A stretch of 64,000 nt of DNA from an uncultured cyanobacterium (GTDB taxonomy: Bacteria; Cyanobacteriota; Cyanobacteriia; CAKZMO01). The stretch lies in contig CAVRCJ010000007.1 of the NCBI GenBank assembly GCA_963719515.1, positions 32,001 to 96,000 of the forward strand, in the 5' to 3' direction. The translations under genes and the position numbers were made by a program. Positions 60,422 through 64,000 of this stretch are shown here, piece after piece. Position 1 is the first letter of the stretch. The number at the start of each line of letters is the position of its first letter. The notes beneath the pieces were generated by a model, which worked only from the letters and a program-made list of their open reading frames with translations, had not been told where the DNA came from and did no database searches.

Positions 60422-62089
60422 CTACTCTTGGAGCGTGACCGGCAGCCTCACCTCAAAGCACGTCTGATTCGCTTGGCTCTCAACCTGAATCGAGCCTCCC
60501 AGACAGTGAGTCAATCGCTTTGTCAACGCCAGCCCTAGTCCTGTGCCGCCGTGCTTCCAGCGATCGGCCCCTAGCACCCGATAAAAGGCGTCAAAAACGC
60601 AGGGCAGTTCGTCGCTTGGGATCTCAATGCCTGTATTGCGCAGGCGAACGCACAGGATTCGGGAGGGTTGAGTAGAACCAGACAACTCGACAGGGTCTGC
60701 CTCTGTCGCCGGTGCCTCTGCTGGCATATCTGTCGTTGCGGCCGCCTGGTGGAGCGCTACGGTTATCTCAATCGTTTCTCCTTCTGGCGTGTACTTGCAG
60801 GCGTTGCTCAACAGTTCAGCGATGATTCGCCGCAAAGCGCTGTGATCCGAGATTAGCGTTGGCAATTGAGCTGGCACATTCACCTGAAATAGCCGCTCGC
60901 GTTGACGTACTCGGCCTTCAAAGGCCGCTAAAATTTGGGACAGCCAGCTCGGTAAATCAAGAGGCTGTAGGTCCAGCTGATAGCCCTCTGTATTAAGTCG
61001 CTGAAGATCTAATAAGTCATTGATTAAATCTATTTCTTGACTACACTGACTGCGCAGAATCTTGAGATAATGCGCTGCTGAATTTTGCGCTTGAGGTTCT
61101 TGTGCTAAAAAGCCTTGCTTGTCCATCGCAATTTCGAGCATCTCAACCGCCATTTTAATATTGGTTAGGGGAGAGCGGAGCTCGTGGGAAACGGTAGACA
61201 CAAAATCATCTTTGAGTCGGTTGAGGCGTTCGAGTTCAGCATTGCGGCGTTCGAGCTGCTGGGCTTGCTCAATTGCCCGCTGCCGCTTCTGGGCTTGCTT
61301 GAAGACGGTGATGTCGCGAAAGATAGCCACGGCCCCCGTAACGGTGCCTGACTCATTGACGAGAGGCGCTACGCTATCGGCGACTGGGCGCTCATTGCCT
61401 GCTTTGTCAATCAGTAAAACGCCATCGACCAGGTGTACAACAGCGCTTTTCCGTAGGGCAATGGTCACGGGGTTCTCAACGGGCTCCCGGGTGCTTTCAT
61501 AAATCAGCGGAAACACCTCTTCTACTGAGCGGTCGTAGGCGTCCTGCCGGGCCCAGCCGGTGAGAGCTTCGGCAGCAGGATTAAAAAACCGAACGCGATG
61601 CTGAGTGTCAAAGACGATAACGGCATCGCCCATACTTTGCAGAACGATGGTCAGCCATTGCTCGTGCTGGTGAAGCTGCTTCTCTAGCTCGTAGCGGTTG
61701 AGGGCGGTTTCAATCGCCACCATCAAATCTTGTTCTCGAAAGGGTTTTATCAGATAGCCAAAGGGTGCAGTCGCCTTGACCCGGTCTAATGTTTCGGCAT
61801 CGGAGTAGACGGTGCTGTACACCACCGGAATTCTCAGCTCTGACCAGATAGTTTGGGCGGCGGCTATGCCGTCTAGTTCTCCCTCTAGCCCAATATCCAT
61901 TAAAACCAAACTCGGGCGAAGTCGTCTCGCCTGAGCGATCGCCTCTTCGCCGGAGATGGAAATGCCTAAGACCTCATAGCCAAAGCTTTCAGCAATCTCT
62001 TTTATATCTCTGGCAATCAGCCTCTCATCCTCCACGATTAAAACGCGAACCACCGCCGTATTGCGCGAGCTAGAGGACAGGTCGATCAT
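60422..62089 (-). CDS. Hybrid sensor kinase REC-PAS-HisKA-HATPase
   Basis: VLIVEDE; PAS NPAAEALTGW; SHELRSPL, NACKYT, GGTGLGL. Confidence 0.92.
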   Translation of the reverse strand: MIDLSSSSRNTAVVRVLIVEDERLIARDIKEIAESFGYEVLGISISGEEAIAQARRLRPSLVLMDIGLEGELDGIAAAQTIWSELRIPVVYSTVYSDAETLDRVKATAPFGYLIKPFREQDLMVAIETALNRYELEKQLHQHEQWLTIVLQSMGDAVIVFDTQHRVRFFNPAAEALTGWARQDAYDRSVEEVFPLIYESTREPVENPVTIALRKSAVVHLVDGVLLIDKAGNERPVADSVAPLVNESGTVTGAVAIFRDITVFKQAQKRQRAIEQAQQLERRNAELERLNRLKDDFVSTVSHELRSPLTNIKMAVEMLEIAMDKQGFLAQEPQAQNSAAHYLKILRSQCSQEIDLINDLLDLQRLNTEGYQLDLQPLDLPSWLSQILAAFEGRVRQRERLFQVNVPAQLPTLISDHSALRRIIAELLSNACKYTPEGETIEITVALHQAAATTDMPAEAPATEADPVELSGSTQPSRILCVRLRNTGIEIPSDELPCVFDAFYRVLGADRWKHGGTGLGLALTKRLTHCLGGSIQVESQANQTCFEVRLPVTLQE

Positions 62090-63624
62090 GATATGTGCCT
62101 CCGTGAGAAGGCAATCTGAAATTCGGTATTTGGATGATGACGAAGCAGGATTTCTCCTCTCAGCTGCTGGGTAAAATCTTGAACAAGCTCTAGGCCTAGG
62201 GTCTGGGCCTGGGCTAAATCAAACCCCTCTGGAAATCCGATACCGTTGTCTTTTACAAAGAGATAAACCATTTCATTTGAATCAACTCGTAGCTCAATTT
62301 CGACATCTCCCGATCGCTGATTGGGAAAAGCATAGCTAATCGCATTGGTTATCAATTCCGTAATGATCAGGCCACAGTAAATGGCCTGGCGGATATCGAT
62401 CTTTACCGGGTCAATCTGAAAGCGTAAGCGAATTAACTGCGGATTTACTTTATAGGCTTTGAATAGGTTCTCGACTAAGTTGGTAATGTACTGGTATAAA
62501 TCAACAGAAGCCAGCTGCTTTGTGCTGTAAAGATTCTCGTGAACTAGAGCGATCGCCAGGATGCGATTTTGGCTCTCCTGCAGAACTCTAATCAACTCTG
62601 GATGCTTGACCCGGCGGCTTTGCAGCCTCAATAAACTAAGAAACACTGCCAGATTGTTTTTGACGCGGTGATGGATCTCCCGCATCAGCGCTCGCTGTTC
62701 AACTAGCGCCTCATTGAGCTCCTGCTCAACTTGTTTTTGAGCGGTGATATGTTGATGAATCTCCTGCATCAACACTTGCTGTATGACTAGCGCCTCATTG
62801 AGGTCTTGCTCGACGTTTTGACTATCTTGATCAGCGTTTTGATCGGCAGCGTCTCGTCCGGCGGGCTGCTGGCTAATCTGATAGGCATTCAGGGTAAAAA
62901 GACTGAAGAGAACGAAACAGCTGCAGGTGACGCTAATAGCGACTGCATACTCTGAGCTATACCACTCGCGTAAATGTCCCTGCTGCGCCAAAAACGTAAT
63001 GGCCGGTACAGCCAAAACCAGCGGCAGCGTACGGCGCAGCAGCACACCGCCTAAGGTGTCGCTCAACAGGAGCGCTAGCCAGCCTTTGTGGACGTTAAAG
63101 CCAAGCACGCCAGCGCTTAGGCCAATGTAGCCCAGAGCCGTTTGGATTGCCATTTCCGGCCCTGACCCAAAGTTATAGAGTTCGGGTGCATTGAACAGGT
63201 AGCCCCAGAGCGCAACAAGTCCAAGCACGCCGGGCAACACCGCTAAGCTTTGCGTGATTGACCACGAGACGGGATAGTGCAGCGCGATCAATGCTCCCCC
63301 CAACGGCACAAACCCATACTCGGCTAGCGCTGTCCCTCCTAGCCCAGTCATCAGACTCGCCGCGAGAAGGCTGATCACCTGATACAGCCATCGACGTTTA
63401 AGCACGGCTATCGTGGTTGCCTGGGCAAAGGCTAAAGATATTCCTGCCATCAGGAAGCAAGATGCGGTATTGACCGTCACTGCTGGCAGACCCTGCACGA
63501 CGCTGTTGAGCACCTGATTGCCAGAAATCCACCCGACGATAATCAAGATTCCCATGCCAATCAGTCCCAGACTGACAAACCAGGGCAACGCCCTGAAGAC
63601 AAACCGATCATCCGCTTCGCCCAT
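62086..63624 (-). CDS. Membrane sensor histidine kinase, HisKA_2 type
   Basis: Multi-TM N-terminus; EIHHRVKNNL, ELITNAISYAF, DNGIG, TLGL.LV. Confidence 0.88.
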   Translation of the reverse strand: MGEADDRFVFRALPWFVSLGLIGMGILIIVGWISGNQVLNSVVQGLPAVTVNTASCFLMAGISLAFAQATTIAVLKRRWLYQVISLLAASLMTGLGGTALAEYGFVPLGGALIALHYPVSWSITQSLAVLPGVLGLVALWGYLFNAPELYNFGSGPEMAIQTALGYIGLSAGVLGFNVHKGWLALLLSDTLGGVLLRRTLPLVLAVPAITFLAQQGHLREWYSSEYAVAISVTCSCFVLFSLFTLNAYQISQQPAGRDAADQNADQDSQNVEQDLNEALVIQQVLMQEIHQHITAQKQVEQELNEALVEQRALMREIHHRVKNNLAVFLSLLRLQSRRVKHPELIRVLQESQNRILAIALVHENLYSTKQLASVDLYQYITNLVENLFKAYKVNPQLIRLRFQIDPVKIDIRQAIYCGLIITELITNAISYAFPNQRSGDVEIELRVDSNEMVYLFVKDNGIGFPEGFDLAQAQTLGLELVQDFTQQLRGEILLRHHPNTEFQIAFSRRHIS

Positions 63625-63811
63625 CTAACTCGTTCGTTCCCAGTAAAGGATCAAGATACCCCAACGCGACGCTGGACTAACCATGAGCCTCTTCAAAATG
63701 CCCAAGTCTTTCTCCTAAATCACCGGCAGCCCCGCAAAAATTGATATAAAGTAAGACGCTTTGAGTCAACGCTCCCAGCGTCATAGCGTTGATGGCGCTC
63801 AGGTTTCTGGT

Positions 63812-63896
63812 CAGCCGCCCGCCCGACAGCACGTCGACGCTGGCGGCGGCCTTGGCCACATGGGCCGGGTGTCGCAGCGGCAGAATGAGGCTGGCC
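63812..63896 (-). pseudogene. Short remnant of a luciferase-like (LLM) monooxygenase gene
   Basis: ASLILPLRHPAHVAKAAASVDVLSGGRL motif with no flanking homology. Confidence 0.55.
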
Positions 63897-64000
63897 CGCG
63901 ATCGCTTTCGATAGTTTATGTGCTGGGAGGCCATTGACCAGGGTATCCGCAATGGCCTCCATCAATGCGTAAGCCCTAATAGATATTCCGCTACGCCCAA

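Noticed and set aside
1..64000. Abundant GCGATCGC as a novel repeat; rRNA or tRNA genes
   Set aside because: GCGATCGC is the known cyanobacterial HIP1 octamer; no rRNA or canonical tRNA was recognised by eye.

Overview
Chromosomal window from a GC-rich cyanobacterium, judged from psbD/psbC, ycf4 and very frequent HIP1 GCGATCGC. It holds a chemosensory cluster (partial cheR, cheB, a twice-frameshifted triple-Hpt cheA, an MCP and a divergent PatA-type regulator), a probable oriC (DnaA-box cluster) upstream of dnaN, housekeeping and photosynthesis genes, and a TIR-WD40 gene split by an intact IS3 element. It also holds an IS200/IS605-type non-autonomous element, a MITE, an AT-rich CHAT-TIR / TIR-coiled-coil gene pair, and an atypical HWE-type bacteriophytochrome locus. 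The most striking unexplained signal is a cassette present twice, at about 22.9-23.5 kb (minus) and 54.5-55.1 kb (plus). Each copy has the same TTGCCT-N17-TAnnnT promoter, a roughly 220-nt multi-hairpin leader whose structure is conserved while the sequence diverges, an internal antisense/target pairing next to a hairpin abutting the start codon, and a homologous 104-118 aa ORF. One copy is inactivated by a 25-nt insertion into a HIP1 site. A secreted peptide made of six 16-aa repeats is also notable. All calls come from reading the sequence and recognising motifs; no database searches were run.
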